From a virus (lineage: Duplodnaviria; Caudoviricetes), in the IMG/VR virus record IMGVR_UViG_3300012667_000125, positions 1-28,124 of that record: a DNA stretch of 28,124 nt, one strand, 5' to 3'. Both the position numbers and the translations under genes were made by a program. Shown here piece after piece: positions 17,437 through 26,861 of the stretch (the first letter of the stretch is position 1; every line of letters begins with the position of its first letter). The notes beneath the pieces were generated by a model. That model was given only the letters and a program-made list of their open reading frames with translations, did not search any database and was not told the origin of the DNA.

Positions 17437-18321
17437 TTAGTTTGTTGAATTGTAACACCAAGTTAATCCATAAGCGGATTTTAATTTATTAGTACAGCAA
17501 CTGGTTATATTTCCGCTTGATGCTGATAAATAACCATTTTCTCTTAACCATTTTGCCGCGTCCGATGCTGAATCAAAACATATTCCATTTGATGCTTTTA
17601 TAGGCTTTTTCATTTTAGCATTAGTTTCACGATTTTTTTTAATAATCTTTTCTAATGCTTCAGGTGTATGCTTTCGCCCTCTATTGGCATCGCCTATTTT
17701 CTTTTTTGTTTCTTCTGATTTAATTTTGCCAATATTAGCTAATCTTAAATTATTTTTTGCTTCTTCTGTTAATTTTTTTCCAGCTTTGCCTTTTTTTGAT
17801 TCACTAATTCTTTTGCAAGTTTCTGGGGATATTATTTTCCCTTTTTGCGATTTGCTTCTTCTTTTTCTTTCTTCATCAGTTACAGGAGATGTTCTTTTTT
17901 TTCCTAAATTAATTTTTCTTAATTTTTCTTTGGTTTCTTCTGTATGCTTTTTTCCTGTTGATGCAATCCGTTTTTTTTCTATTGTTTCTAATGTAGGTTT
18001 TTTGCCTTTTCTTGCAATGCTCATTTTTAATCTTGTTTCTTCAGATGGATTTGTTCCGCCATATCCGCCATCGTTTAGATTACATAAATTTTTTCTACCG
18101 TAAAAAGAAATTACTTCTTTTTCTAATTCAAATGCTTCTGATTCCTGTAGACCGTCTTTTACTATTTCGACTATGCGACCATGTTTGTTTTCTATTCTTT
18201 TCCAGTATTCGCTTCTGCTTGTTTTTTTCCAAGCTCTTTTCCCAAATCCTTTTCCTACATAAAAAACTTCATTATTTGATTTTTTTTTATGTAAATACAC
18301 ATAAAATAAATTTGTAGCCAT
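17437..18321 (-). CDS. Free-standing GIY-YIG homing endonuclease with NUMOD3 repeats and a C-terminal NUMOD1-like HTH
   Basis: FYVYLH...FYVGKG...R...E nuclease motif; about 8 (S/T)EETxxKxSxxxxGK-type repeats; FDSASDAAKWL...ITSCC...AYG.TW; very A-rich coding strand; AGGAG RBS. Confidence 0.88.
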   Translation of the reverse strand: MATNLFYVYLHKKKSNNEVFYVGKGFGKRAWKKTSRSEYWKRIENKHGRIVEIVKDGLQESEAFELEKEVISFYGRKNLCNLNDGGYGGTNPSEETRLKMSIARKGKKPTLETIEKKRIASTGKKHTEETKEKLRKINLGKKRTSPVTDEERKRRSKSQKGKIISPETCKRISESKKGKAGKKLTEEAKNNLRLANIGKIKSEETKKKIGDANRGRKHTPEALEKIIKKNRETNAKMKKPIKASNGICFDSASDAAKWLRENGYLSASSGNITSCCTNKLKSAYGLTWCYNSTN

Positions 18322-18337
18322 AAAAATCGCTCCTAAA

Positions 18338-18366
18338 GTGTTGAGTGTATATTATACACCCAACAC
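18338..18366 (-). promoter_or_regulatory. Hairpin containing TATAAT, immediately 5' of the endonuclease RBS
   Basis: GTGTTGGGTGTATA-A-TATACACTCAACAC followed by TTTAGGAG; the single DNA mismatch is a G-U pair on the minus-strand RNA. Confidence 0.6.
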
Positions 18367-18390
18367 CAGAGCAATTAAACACCCAATATA

Positions 18391-19437
18391 TTATATGCCT
18401 AACATCTGTACTACAAGTGCTGGCCTAAAGATAATCGCGCCCCAAGTACCTTGAGATTTTTTCTGCTTGAAAGAAGATAAATCAAGAATTACTGGATGTG
18501 CGCGTAATTTTTCAGAGTAAGCCACTTCCATTGTGCGTTGACCTTCTAATTCGTCAGCGAACAACTGAACCAATTTACCAGCAGTGCCAGCATATTCAGG
18601 CGCAGATTTAACAACTAAGTTGGGGAAATTCTTTTTAAGAAGATCAGCAACGTTAACGTTAAATGTAGTTGTAAAAGTTAATGCAACTTCAGACTGTGGC
18701 GATAATGCCAATGTCATTGGTGTTGACATATCAACTAATCCATTTGATTGAGTTTGCAAGTTATAAAACAAAGTCTGAATGTCTGCATAAACTTCAAGAG
18801 CTGTTGCGTTAGGAACGCCCGCAGAAGTAAACCAAACGTTTGAATTGCCTGCTGCTTTTGTGCCGGGTTGTACTGGCGCAGAAAGTGAAGGATCATTTAA
18901 GATACCGTAGTTTTGCAAACCAGCTACGCCATAAAAATATGACAAGTTTTGAAATTTGTTCAAAGTCAAAACGCTTGAAATATTTAAACGTGCCGCCCAG
19001 TCAATTTTAGCAGCACCAGTACGAGCCAATTCACGTTCGCCCCATTTGGTGTTTGTTTGGTAATAATGTTGTTGACGTTCAGGCCAGTTAGCATTCGCGC
19101 CACTGCGGCCAGTTGATGAAAAGTCGTCATAAGCCGATACGTTACCAGTAGATTCAACAACTGGGAATAACCAAGTTGTATCAACCCACGTACCTTTTTT
19201 AACTTCACTACCAGCAATTTCAGCCGCTTTCATTGGAGATGTCAAAATCTCAATGATTTTTGGGTCAACAACAGTGGTTAAAAATGCAGGAATTGCACTG
19301 TTAGAATAAGTAACGGTTGCAGATTGTGCATCTAACGCCATTGCTTGATCTAAATAATCGTGACTGTCTTGCGCAAGTGTGCTGCCTTTCGGAAACACGA
19401 TACCTGCTAATTCTTCTAAAACTTGTAATTCATTCAT
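18391..19437 (-). CDS. Major capsid protein (DUF2184-like, HK97 fold)
   Basis: N..IPAFLTT.VDP, E.KKGTW, E.TG...YDD, WGERELA, N..YFYGVAGLQNYG.LNDP.L, KQK.S.GTWGAII.RP; AGGAG RBS. Confidence 0.92.
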   Translation of the reverse strand: MNELQVLEELAGIVFPKGSTLAQDSHDYLDQAMALDAQSATVTYSNSAIPAFLTTVVDPKIIEILTSPMKAAEIAGSEVKKGTWVDTTWLFPVVESTGNVSAYDDFSSTGRSGANANWPERQQHYYQTNTKWGERELARTGAAKIDWAARLNISSVLTLNKFQNLSYFYGVAGLQNYGILNDPSLSAPVQPGTKAAGNSNVWFTSAGVPNATALEVYADIQTLFYNLQTQSNGLVDMSTPMTLALSPQSEVALTFTTTFNVNVADLLKKNFPNLVVKSAPEYAGTAGKLVQLFADELEGQRTMEVAYSEKLRAHPVILDLSSFKQKKSQGTWGAIIFRPALVVQMLGI

Positions 19438-19451
19438 TTCTGTATTGCTCC

Positions 19452-20012
19452 TTAAGCTGAAATGATAGCGATTTCACCAGCAGAGCAGGTGTTACGCGCT
19501 GTAAAATTAGTTTCAACGCTACCACTAACGGTTGCGCCTGCTGCTGCAAATGTAATGCTGCCGTCAGTAGTTGAAGCAAATGCTTTTTGTCCTGCTGTTG
19601 CGCCACCTGTTCCTGATTTTGCATAGAAACTGCCAGTGGTGAATGCAACCACGTTTTGACCGGCTGGAATTAAATTACCATACCAAGTATCGGTTGAAGG
19701 TGTCACGCCCGTTGGCTGTGTCAAAATTAAACCTTGTTGTGAACGAACAACGAAACCATCAGGCGCAGTTGAAGGCGCAGAGCCTTTGGCGTTGCTCAAA
19801 TAGTTACCGCCTGCTGTGGTAATCCATGCAAATGCACCAACTACAACACCACCTGTTGCCGCAACAAATGAATCTGTTGCCGCTGCGTTTGCTGTGGTAA
19901 CACCACCAGCTTGACCGAATGGAGGTAATAATTGCGCAGCAGGATTTTCACTTGCGAAGTCACCAGCAAGACCAACTGGTAACGCATTATTTACTGTACT
20001 TTGAAAGCCCAT
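19452..20012 (-). CDS. Capsid decoration / cement protein
   Basis: MGFQ.TVN.....G.AGDFAS.NP, PDGFV.R.QQG.I, GQK.FA...DG; directly upstream of the capsid gene. Confidence 0.8.
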   Translation of the reverse strand: MGFQSTVNNALPVGLAGDFASENPAAQLLPPFGQAGGVTTANAAATDSFVAATGGVVVGAFAWITTAGGNYLSNAKGSAPSTAPDGFVVRSQQGLILTQPTGVTPSTDTWYGNLIPAGQNVVAFTTGSFYAKSGTGGATAGQKAFASTTDGSITFAAAGATVSGSVETNFTARNTCSAGEIAIISA

Positions 20013-20027
20013 GAGTTTTTCCTTAGA

Positions 20028-20762
20028 TTAAAATTTACCGAGATTTGGGAAACGTTCGAGCAATGCTTTGCGTGTAGATTTGCCGCTGTTGCTGTCTTGT
20101 GCCAATTTTACTGAACCGCGTGATGCCTCGAAAATAGCTTTTAAGCCAGATAGATCAGAAACGCCATCATATTTCACGCCTGTTTGTTTTAACGCAAATT
20201 TATAAACAGATTCTGCGCTATCCATGCCCATCACTTCACCAACCACTGAACGTACTGCTTTTTCTGCTGCCGCTAAATCAGCAAAACGTTTCATTAGTTT
20301 TGCTTCTTGTGCTTTTAATGCAGCGTCCATTGCAGGCTTGTCGATTTTTCCATCATCTTCTTCATCATCTTTGATTTCAATTTCGACTTCATCTTCATCA
20401 GCCGCAGCAGGTTCAAAGTATGATTTTGCTGTTGCAATATCATCTTCACTCATGCCTTTTTCGGCCAAGAAAGAGTGGAGTTTTTCGTGTGGTGTGCCTT
20501 CTTCTGTATCAGAAGCAGTCGCCATTTCAACTGGTTCAGTTGTGATTTCTTTAGCTTCAGGTGATTCTTCAACACCAATTACAGCGTCAAGAATATTGTC
20601 TAATTGTTCAGGCGAAATATCTTGAGCAAGCAACGCTTTTTTAATTGCGTCTTTGTCCAATTTACGTGCGTTAAGCAATTTAGCGTCCATTGCAATTTTA
20701 GGTGTCATTGTTGCGGCTTGGAACAGTTTTAACCGTGCCGCGCCTTGTTTTGTTAACTTCAT
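20028..20762 (-). CDS. Probable in-frame internal scaffold protein (244 aa)
   Basis: GAGG (20771-20774) lies 8 nt before the ATG of MKLTKQG, just after the protease domain ends. Confidence 0.55.
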   Translation of the reverse strand: MKLTKQGAARLKLFQAATMTPKIAMDAKLLNARKLDKDAIKKALLAQDISPEQLDNILDAVIGVEESPEAKEITTEPVEMATASDTEEGTPHEKLHSFLAEKGMSEDDIATAKSYFEPAAADEDEVEIEIKDDEEDDGKIDKPAMDAALKAQEAKLMKRFADLAAAEKAVRSVVGEVMGMDSAESVYKFALKQTGVKYDGVSDLSGLKAIFEASRGSVKLAQDSNSGKSTRKALLERFPNLGKF

Positions 20763-21326
20763 TTCGTTGTCCTCAGTTTTAAAAGGGTTACTATCAGAAA
20801 CCATCACGTCACTACCAGCTCTACCGCTTTCAACAACAGCAACATGATTGCCCCTAATGTTTCGCATTATGCCATCATATTGTATTCCATCATAGCTACC
20901 GCTTGTCATCTCAGCATCATAAAAGTATGCACTTGATAACTCTTTCTTTGCATCTGTTTCAATTAACGCAATTGCGTTACCATCCCAGATTGACATTGAA
21001 TTGGTCAGATATGTTCCGTCAAACTTTGCATCACTACCTAATGATCCAATGATTTTATCTTTTGGAGGTTGATCGGAAAATACTGGAATATGCTCAGATA
21101 ACACTGGCAAGTTGTTGAATGTGTCCGCTGCTTGTTTTAATTCTTTAGGGTCGCGCAGCAGTTGATAAACCGTTTCAGCGTCTAGTCCTAATTCTTTAAA
21201 GCGTGGGATTTCTTTGCCGTAGTAAGGATTTACAATGGCTTTTGATATGTTTGTGTTATCAACGTGCAAAATGCCATTTTCGTCAATATGACGATTGGAT
21301 TCTGAATCGAATGCTAATTTATTCAC
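20028..21326 (-). CDS. Prohead protease (DUF2213-like) fused to scaffold
   Basis: ISKA.VNPYYG.EIP, LLRDP.EL..AA.TFNNLP.L..H, KELSSAY, MRNI.GNHVA.V..GRAGSDV.V.D; acidic helical C-terminal half. GTG at 21326 is preferred over the track start at 21383. Confidence 0.85.
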   Translation of the reverse strand: MNKLAFDSESNRHIDENGILHVDNTNISKAIVNPYYGKEIPRFKELGLDAETVYQLLRDPKELKQAADTFNNLPVLSEHIPVFSDQPPKDKIIGSLGSDAKFDGTYLTNSMSIWDGNAIALIETDAKKELSSAYFYDAEMTSGSYDGIQYDGIMRNIRGNHVAVVESGRAGSDVMVSDSNPFKTEDNEMKLTKQGAARLKLFQAATMTPKIAMDAKLLNARKLDKDAIKKALLAQDISPEQLDNILDAVIGVEESPEAKEITTEPVEMATASDTEEGTPHEKLHSFLAEKGMSEDDIATAKSYFEPAAADEDEVEIEIKDDEEDDGKIDKPAMDAALKAQEAKLMKRFADLAAAEKAVRSVVGEVMGMDSAESVYKFALKQTGVKYDGVSDLSGLKAIFEASRGSVKLAQDSNSGKSTRKALLERFPNLGKF

Positions 21327-21387
21327 TTTTTTACCATTAAATTTTGATAAGAATATGCTATAGCATATATGAATATAAAACAATAGT

Positions 21388-21417
21388 AAAAAAAAGCGCG
21401 TAGGTGGGGACGCGCTT
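21388..21417 (-). terminator. Intrinsic terminator after the minor head gene
   Basis: AAGCGCGT-ccccacct-ACGCGCTT continuing into a run of 8 T. Confidence 0.8.
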
Positions 21418-21467
21418 GAGAGGAGTTTAAGGTAAAGATATATGAAATTTGATTATAATCGTTTTTA

Positions 21468-22232
21468 TTAAAATGGCAAAACAATCCTACAGGTACACCG
21501 GCAATTTATCATATAGCCCGGCCATGTCCACTCGCCTTCTAAAAACATTCCTTCATCTACGTTATATACTTTCCCATTTGCCGCAACGTGTTCGGGACGT
21601 GGTTTTTTGCCTGCTGTTGAGTGCAACCATATTGCCTGCTTAATGCCTAATTCTTCTTGTCGTGCGCGTGTAGTTTGTGAATTTAATTTACTGCATTGAT
21701 CGCGGGCGATTAGCGTTGCGCGTTTTTCAGTGACGGCATAGATTTCTTTTAAATCTTTTTTCATTGTAAAAAGATCATGCCCCTGCGTATAGCTACGCAT
21801 CACCGCGCCTTGTACTTTTTGATGAAACTGTTGTGGGATAGATTTAATCAATCCGACATTTTCAATAACGCTTGCCCGTGCTATATCCTGCATGGCGCGT
21901 GTCATTTTAAATTCAACTGACCAACCCGCATCTTTTAAAAGTCCACGCATGGTTGTGTCTGTGATTTTGATTTGTTTATAAACCATCAGATCAGCAATGT
22001 TGTTCATTACATCTTCAAAATTTTTTAACCAACGCTTACCAAGTTCGTTCATGTAATTGTTGATAGTCTTTGAAGGCAACTCGTCTGTCGCCATGATTGG
22101 CGGGTTTTTACGATAAGCCGCTGTTAGCCAAAAATCGTAAGATGCAATCATCTCTTTTATGAGTGTTTGCAATTCTTTACGATACTTGGCTTCAATGCCT
22201 TTATTCGGGTGGATTGGTCGGAGTGTTTTCAT
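21468..22232 (-). CDS. Minor head protein (Mu gpF / SPP1 gp7-like)
   Basis: RA.LIARDQ..KLN, W.HS.AG..PRP.H, PG..INCRC; follows the portal. Confidence 0.92.
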   Translation of the reverse strand: MKTLRPIHPNKGIEAKYRKELQTLIKEMIASYDFWLTAAYRKNPPIMATDELPSKTINNYMNELGKRWLKNFEDVMNNIADLMVYKQIKITDTTMRGLLKDAGWSVEFKMTRAMQDIARASVIENVGLIKSIPQQFHQKVQGAVMRSYTQGHDLFTMKKDLKEIYAVTEKRATLIARDQCSKLNSQTTRARQEELGIKQAIWLHSTAGKKPRPEHVAANGKVYNVDEGMFLEGEWTWPGYMINCRCTCRIVLPF

Positions 22233-24604
22233 TTTAAAGAATTTAAAAAGTCTTTTTCTGAAATATCGCCAATTCTATATGAAACATAAGAATATGCTTG
22301 ATTATGATTTAATCCTGATTCACGAGCTTTTGCATATTCTTTTTTGTAAATTTCATTATCTAAAAACAATTCATTTGCTTCATTATAATTTTCTGGCTCT
22401 GTTTCTTTTAATGTTCCAAGCGGGTCAGTATATTGTTTTTTACCTGTTGGCGCGTTTGACATCCCGCCCATAACTTGACCGCCTCCAATTCTTTTTCCGC
22501 TTTGTTGTTTTCCCCAATCTTCTTCCCTTGTTGTTTCAAAAGAGTTTCCCGATTGTTGATTTATTTTTTCTTTTAAGTCATTTATATTTATTTCACCACC
22601 AGCCGATTCGCCTGTGTTGGGTTGTTTTGATTTTGCTAATTCTGCTTGTTTTTTATCGTATTCTCCGCCCGTTTCTCCACGAGCAATAATTCTATTCAAC
22701 GCATCATTTTTTCTTTTTTCTTCTGCTTTTTTTTGCCCTTCTTCAATTTGCTGTTGTGTTTTTTCTTTTTTTGTCGCAATTTTTTCTTGTTTTTTGACTG
22801 GATAGCCTGATACTTTCTCAAGCCATTGTGTCGCACCTTTTTCTGTTTTAAATGTTTTTGATTGCGTAGCCGTCATAGCTTGAAATTCGCCATTAGGCTC
22901 TTTATAAATCCCTCTTTTTATTTTTCCATGTGGATCATTGCCTATTTTTTCTTCATGTATTGTTTCAGTGGATTTTCTTTCTTGCTTAGGCTCGTTTCGT
23001 GCCGCTGTTTCAGCATTAGTTTCGCCACTTGTGAATTTCTTTGTGCCGTGCGCATCTTTAATGTTTTTGCCGTTAAACTTTCCGCCCATACCGGCAACGA
23101 CTGTGCCGCTGTCGTCAATCTTAACAGGACTGCCTTTTTCTTCTTTGCCGTTTGGATGAACAGTTATCCAACCATCTTGTGCAATTTCTGATTCATCGTC
23201 TGGTTGTTCCATCTCTGGGCGTTCGGCTTCAATATTTAAATCTAAACCTTGATAAAGCGATTCAGCATCACGCGCCAATCGTTCACGAACTTCATCGGGC
23301 GACAATACACCATTAGCCATGTAGATTTGATCTGCATTGGCATTAGCTGTGCGAATTTCTGCAAGCTCTTTGCCGTTCATTGTCCATAATGGATTAAACT
23401 CAAAGCAAATATCATCGTCACATTCGCCAAACAAATCAAACTGGACTAATTTAAACAACGTTTCAATTACTGGGCGTAAATGCGCTTCTTGCTGTGAAGA
23501 AATCCAATCATAAAATACTCTGATCTCGCCTTCGCTACTTGCATTCAGTCCACTAGGCGAAACGCCTGTCAATACAACAGCAGGAATTCTCGTCACGGTG
23601 CAAATATGCTCTAACGCTTGCGCCTGTAAATCAGATAAACCAGACAGCGGGACATTTAACTGCATCATATCCTCCATGTCTTTATCGAGTAGCATCATGC
23701 CTTTGTTTGATCGTAGCATGGTGAACAAATCGGCACGGTCAAAAATACTGCTATTGTCGCCACCACTTAAAATCTGATTCATGTCAGTTTTTAGCACGGT
23801 GGTTGAAAAGTTACTTAACAAATCGGATACTGATTGACGCGCTCTAAGCCACATTTGAACGTAACCATCTACCATTTGGCTTAATGACATACCGCTAAAG
23901 TTATAAGCAGGCTTTAGCATATCTGGCATTGGACGTGAAACAATGGTCAGCAATCGGCTTGAATGAACACGTCTACCAAGCATAAACCACTCATTAGGCT
24001 TATAAAAATCTGGTGCTTCAGGACGCAATGAATTGTACATTGAAGGCGTTGTCCATATTGGCTCAATGCTTGAGATACGTTTTAAGCTGCCAACTGGAAT
24101 AGTTTTGCTGTGTAGCACTAACGGGTCGCTAATTTCTTGCCCGTCAATGTCAATAAATATTTGACCTCGTCCAAAATAACCATCGTTGAGCATGGCTTTA
24201 TGAACAACATCACGCGCGTTTAATTCTGTGAGTTTATCTTGAATTTGAGATATTTTTTCGTTTTGCGTTTCTTCATCAGATTTTGATGTGATCGTAATCC
24301 ATTCGCGTGTCATTTCATTTGCAATCGTTGATGATACTTGCCGAAACTCTGCGCGTGAAACCAGTTGAGATAAGTACGGATAGCCGGGGAATGGCGTAAA
24401 GTCACCTGCAAACATACTGCCCGCAGCATAATCATAAACAGATACCGCAGCATCGGACGCAATCGCGGCTGTTTCGCCTTCAGGCACAACACCTGCAAAT
24501 AAATGTAGTGGCTTAATACGTTCTGGCATTTCCTGTTTATTGGCTTGGTACATTGCAATTTTGCTAATGTTCATATTTTTACGCGCGGGTTGTGGCTTTC
24601 TCAT
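22229..24604 (-). CDS. Portal protein (DUF1073-like) with a 314-aa C-terminal extension
   Basis: [56 protein letters not shown]; follows terL. Confidence 0.9.
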   Translation of the reverse strand: MRKPQPARKNMNISKIAMYQANKQEMPERIKPLHLFAGVVPEGETAAIASDAAVSVYDYAAGSMFAGDFTPFPGYPYLSQLVSRAEFRQVSSTIANEMTREWITITSKSDEETQNEKISQIQDKLTELNARDVVHKAMLNDGYFGRGQIFIDIDGQEISDPLVLHSKTIPVGSLKRISSIEPIWTTPSMYNSLRPEAPDFYKPNEWFMLGRRVHSSRLLTIVSRPMPDMLKPAYNFSGMSLSQMVDGYVQMWLRARQSVSDLLSNFSTTVLKTDMNQILSGGDNSSIFDRADLFTMLRSNKGMMLLDKDMEDMMQLNVPLSGLSDLQAQALEHICTVTRIPAVVLTGVSPSGLNASSEGEIRVFYDWISSQQEAHLRPVIETLFKLVQFDLFGECDDDICFEFNPLWTMNGKELAEIRTANANADQIYMANGVLSPDEVRERLARDAESLYQGLDLNIEAERPEMEQPDDESEIAQDGWITVHPNGKEEKGSPVKIDDSGTVVAGMGGKFNGKNIKDAHGTKKFTSGETNAETAARNEPKQERKSTETIHEEKIGNDPHGKIKRGIYKEPNGEFQAMTATQSKTFKTEKGATQWLEKVSGYPVKKQEKIATKKEKTQQQIEEGQKKAEEKRKNDALNRIIARGETGGEYDKKQAELAKSKQPNTGESAGGEININDLKEKINQQSGNSFETTREEDWGKQQSGKRIGGGQVMGGMSNAPTGKKQYTDPLGTLKETEPENYNEANELFLDNEIYKKEYAKARESGLNHNQAYSYVSYRIGDISEKDFLNSLK

Positions 24605-24606
24605 AA

Positions 24607-25977
24607 TTATCTCAAAATGTTCGGGTTAATCTGCATCGGTGTTGCGTCCATATTGCCCGCCACCATTACAAACGCATCGGCTATGTTTGGTGATTTAATA
24701 TCACGTTTGGCTAAGTCTTTTTTACTTTCAACTTTTACACGCCCTGCTAGATCATAATCTCTCTTTGGCGTAACCAGCTCGTCAATCAATTGCTCTAAAT
24801 GCGGAATCTTTGAATCTATAAAAATCATATCAGATTCTGCGAATTGTTGCCCGTTTGTTACCGCATTATAAGTATTCATAAACCTATCGGACGTAATCCA
24901 CCACGCTTGCGCTTTAATATTGCTAAAAAAATCACGGTTAGAAATACCTGTTTGCTTGTATTGTCTATCCGGTTTAGCCGGTGCGCCACCAGCAAAGAAT
25001 TTTTGATGCAATATCTTTCGCTGTGTTGATTGTGCGTTTAATTCGTTAAATTTCGCCCCACAAGACGCGCCCACGCCTATAGCGTCATAAACGATTAGCG
25101 CATTCTCTTGTCGCGCTCTAGCGTGTACTCTTGAGCAGGATTTTAACAACTCATCTTCTTTTGCTTTCCACAAATCCAAATCAGTTGCAAGTGAACCTTT
25201 GAACGACACCGTTGCGCAATAATCTTCACCAGCATCCGCCACGTCATAACCTATTTTAGTTGCACCTGCGGGTTCAATACCAAGTTTAATATGCGCATCA
25301 ATAGCAGCCATAATGTGTTTTCGTTGGATAATCGCTTCATCGTCTGTTGTGCGTGGTTCGCCTAAATAGGTATGTGCAAAATCATCATCGTTTTGAGCAT
25401 CTTCAATTACTTTTTTCATTGTGTTTGAAAGATACGGGTTTTCGTCATAGTTTATTTTTCTGACGATGGCGTTTTCTGGTGGGTTAATAACGAACCGCTG
25501 ATAAACAAAATCCGTGTGTAAACGCGGATTAAAGACAATAAAAATCTTTGAACCTTCTGCTCTAACCGTTGGCATGATAACGCGCCACTGTTCCTCTGTG
25601 AGTGCTTCAGCTTCTTCAATCCATAATACTTCAATGCCTGACAAGCCTTTAATCTCGTTTAGATTACGATTGATGCCCAAGAATGAAAATGTTGATCCTG
25701 TGTATTTATGCTCAATTGCATTTTCAGTGATCTTAAATTCATCTCGTAAACCGCATAAATCAATACATTCTTCAATTGTGCTTTTTACGCTGTCACTAAT
25801 ACGCGCTTGAAACTGTCTAACGCATAGAAATTTAACTTTGTATTGACTAGCAAGGAATACGCAGAAACCAGCGGAATGATAAGTTTTTCCACTTGACCGA
25901 CCACCGTATAAAACATAATAACGATGGTCTGATTCAAAGAATCCGCGTAAGTTTGGATTGAGAATCGGACTAGCCAT
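24607..25977 (-). CDS. terL: Terminase large subunit (PBSX-like)
   Basis: Walker [10 protein letters not shown], Walker B LWIEEAE, FNP motif, nuclease GYDVAD.G.D and SPNIADA. Confidence 0.95.
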   Translation of the reverse strand: MASPILNPNLRGFFESDHRYYVLYGGRSSGKTYHSAGFCVFLASQYKVKFLCVRQFQARISDSVKSTIEECIDLCGLRDEFKITENAIEHKYTGSTFSFLGINRNLNEIKGLSGIEVLWIEEAEALTEEQWRVIMPTVRAEGSKIFIVFNPRLHTDFVYQRFVINPPENAIVRKINYDENPYLSNTMKKVIEDAQNDDDFAHTYLGEPRTTDDEAIIQRKHIMAAIDAHIKLGIEPAGATKIGYDVADAGEDYCATVSFKGSLATDLDLWKAKEDELLKSCSRVHARARQENALIVYDAIGVGASCGAKFNELNAQSTQRKILHQKFFAGGAPAKPDRQYKQTGISNRDFFSNIKAQAWWITSDRFMNTYNAVTNGQQFAESDMIFIDSKIPHLEQLIDELVTPKRDYDLAGRVKVESKKDLAKRDIKSPNIADAFVMVAGNMDATPMQINPNILR

Positions 25978-26461
25978 AAAAATCGTTTATTGAACGTGGT
26001 GGTCGTGATTCGTTATTGATTTGAATTGCGGTATCGGGTGAAGTTTTAAAGCGCGGCTCGTAAATAGCCTTATGCGCCATTGCTAACTCTTTCACTTCGC
26101 TAGGTTGCTCTACTACATCAAGCATTGAGTTAATCTTAGCCATAATGTTCACGCCTACTTCGTGGAATCGCGCCTTGTCTGTGGCTTGACGGTCTATCTC
26201 TGCTTCAACGTGTAAACTAACAATTTCTGTTTGTTTAGTTTCTTTGTTTAGTTTGTTTAGTTCAGTTTTTAGTTTAGCTCGTGAATCAATAGCCTTATCA
26301 ATCACGTCACCATCTAGTTTTTGCCAATTCTCTAATTTTACTCGTTGTGATATTGCGCCTGCTGTAATGCCATAATCAGCGGCTAATTCTCTAACTGTGT
26401 ATTTTCCTATTAACCACTTGGCTTTTAATTCGTCCCATTTATCGTTTGATAACCTAGCCAT
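25970..26461 (-). CDS. terS: Terminase small subunit
   Basis: N-terminal HTH (TVRELAADYGITAGAISQR...W), helical body, overlaps the terL start; AAGGT RBS. Confidence 0.85.
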   Translation of the reverse strand: MARLSNDKWDELKAKWLIGKYTVRELAADYGITAGAISQRVKLENWQKLDGDVIDKAIDSRAKLKTELNKLNKETKQTEIVSLHVEAEIDRQATDKARFHEVGVNIMAKINSMLDVVEQPSEVKELAMAHKAIYEPRFKTSPDTAIQINNESRPPRSINDFYG

Positions 26462-26861
26462 ATTTTTACCTTATTGTAACCATAAACACACAACCATCGC
26501 ACCGGCGCTCAAAATTATCAGAAATGAAACAGTGAAAACTGCTACCGTCTTTTTTCCGTGCGGTAGGACACGTTAATGATTGTGTGTTTATGATTAAAAA
26601 ACCACCACGCCATAAACTGCAATGAGTGGTGGCCGTGTTAATGATTGATAGTTGCCGGTGCTGATCTCCGGCTTGACCACCTATTGTGGCAGCCTCATAA
26701 ACTATCAATAAAACGCCCGTTACTTCTTCCAAACAATTACACATCGATTTGCAATTGTCGGCTTTACTGAGTTTCCCCCGCTTACGCGCTTTATACTATA
26801 ACCACTAAGCGCTTAGAGTTATAGTAAGGTCTCCACGATCTTTCAAGACGTTTTATTGATA

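Noticed and set aside
17418-18390. Group I intron around the endonuclease
   Set aside because: Flanking genes appear complete, and the 19- and 69-nt spacers are too short for an intron core.
21418-21472. Plus-strand GAGAGGAG followed by a 9-codon ORF (MKFDYNRFY)
   Set aside because: RBS-to-ATG spacing is too long and the ORF too short to support from sequence alone.
22229-23173. Acb1-type 2H phosphoesterase in the portal extension
   Set aside because: No pair of HxT/S motifs in a hydrophobic strand context was seen.
26466-26744. 92-aa minus-strand ORF
   Set aside because: No clear RBS, odd Cys-rich composition, and it runs across repeated RNA-like stems; probably spurious.
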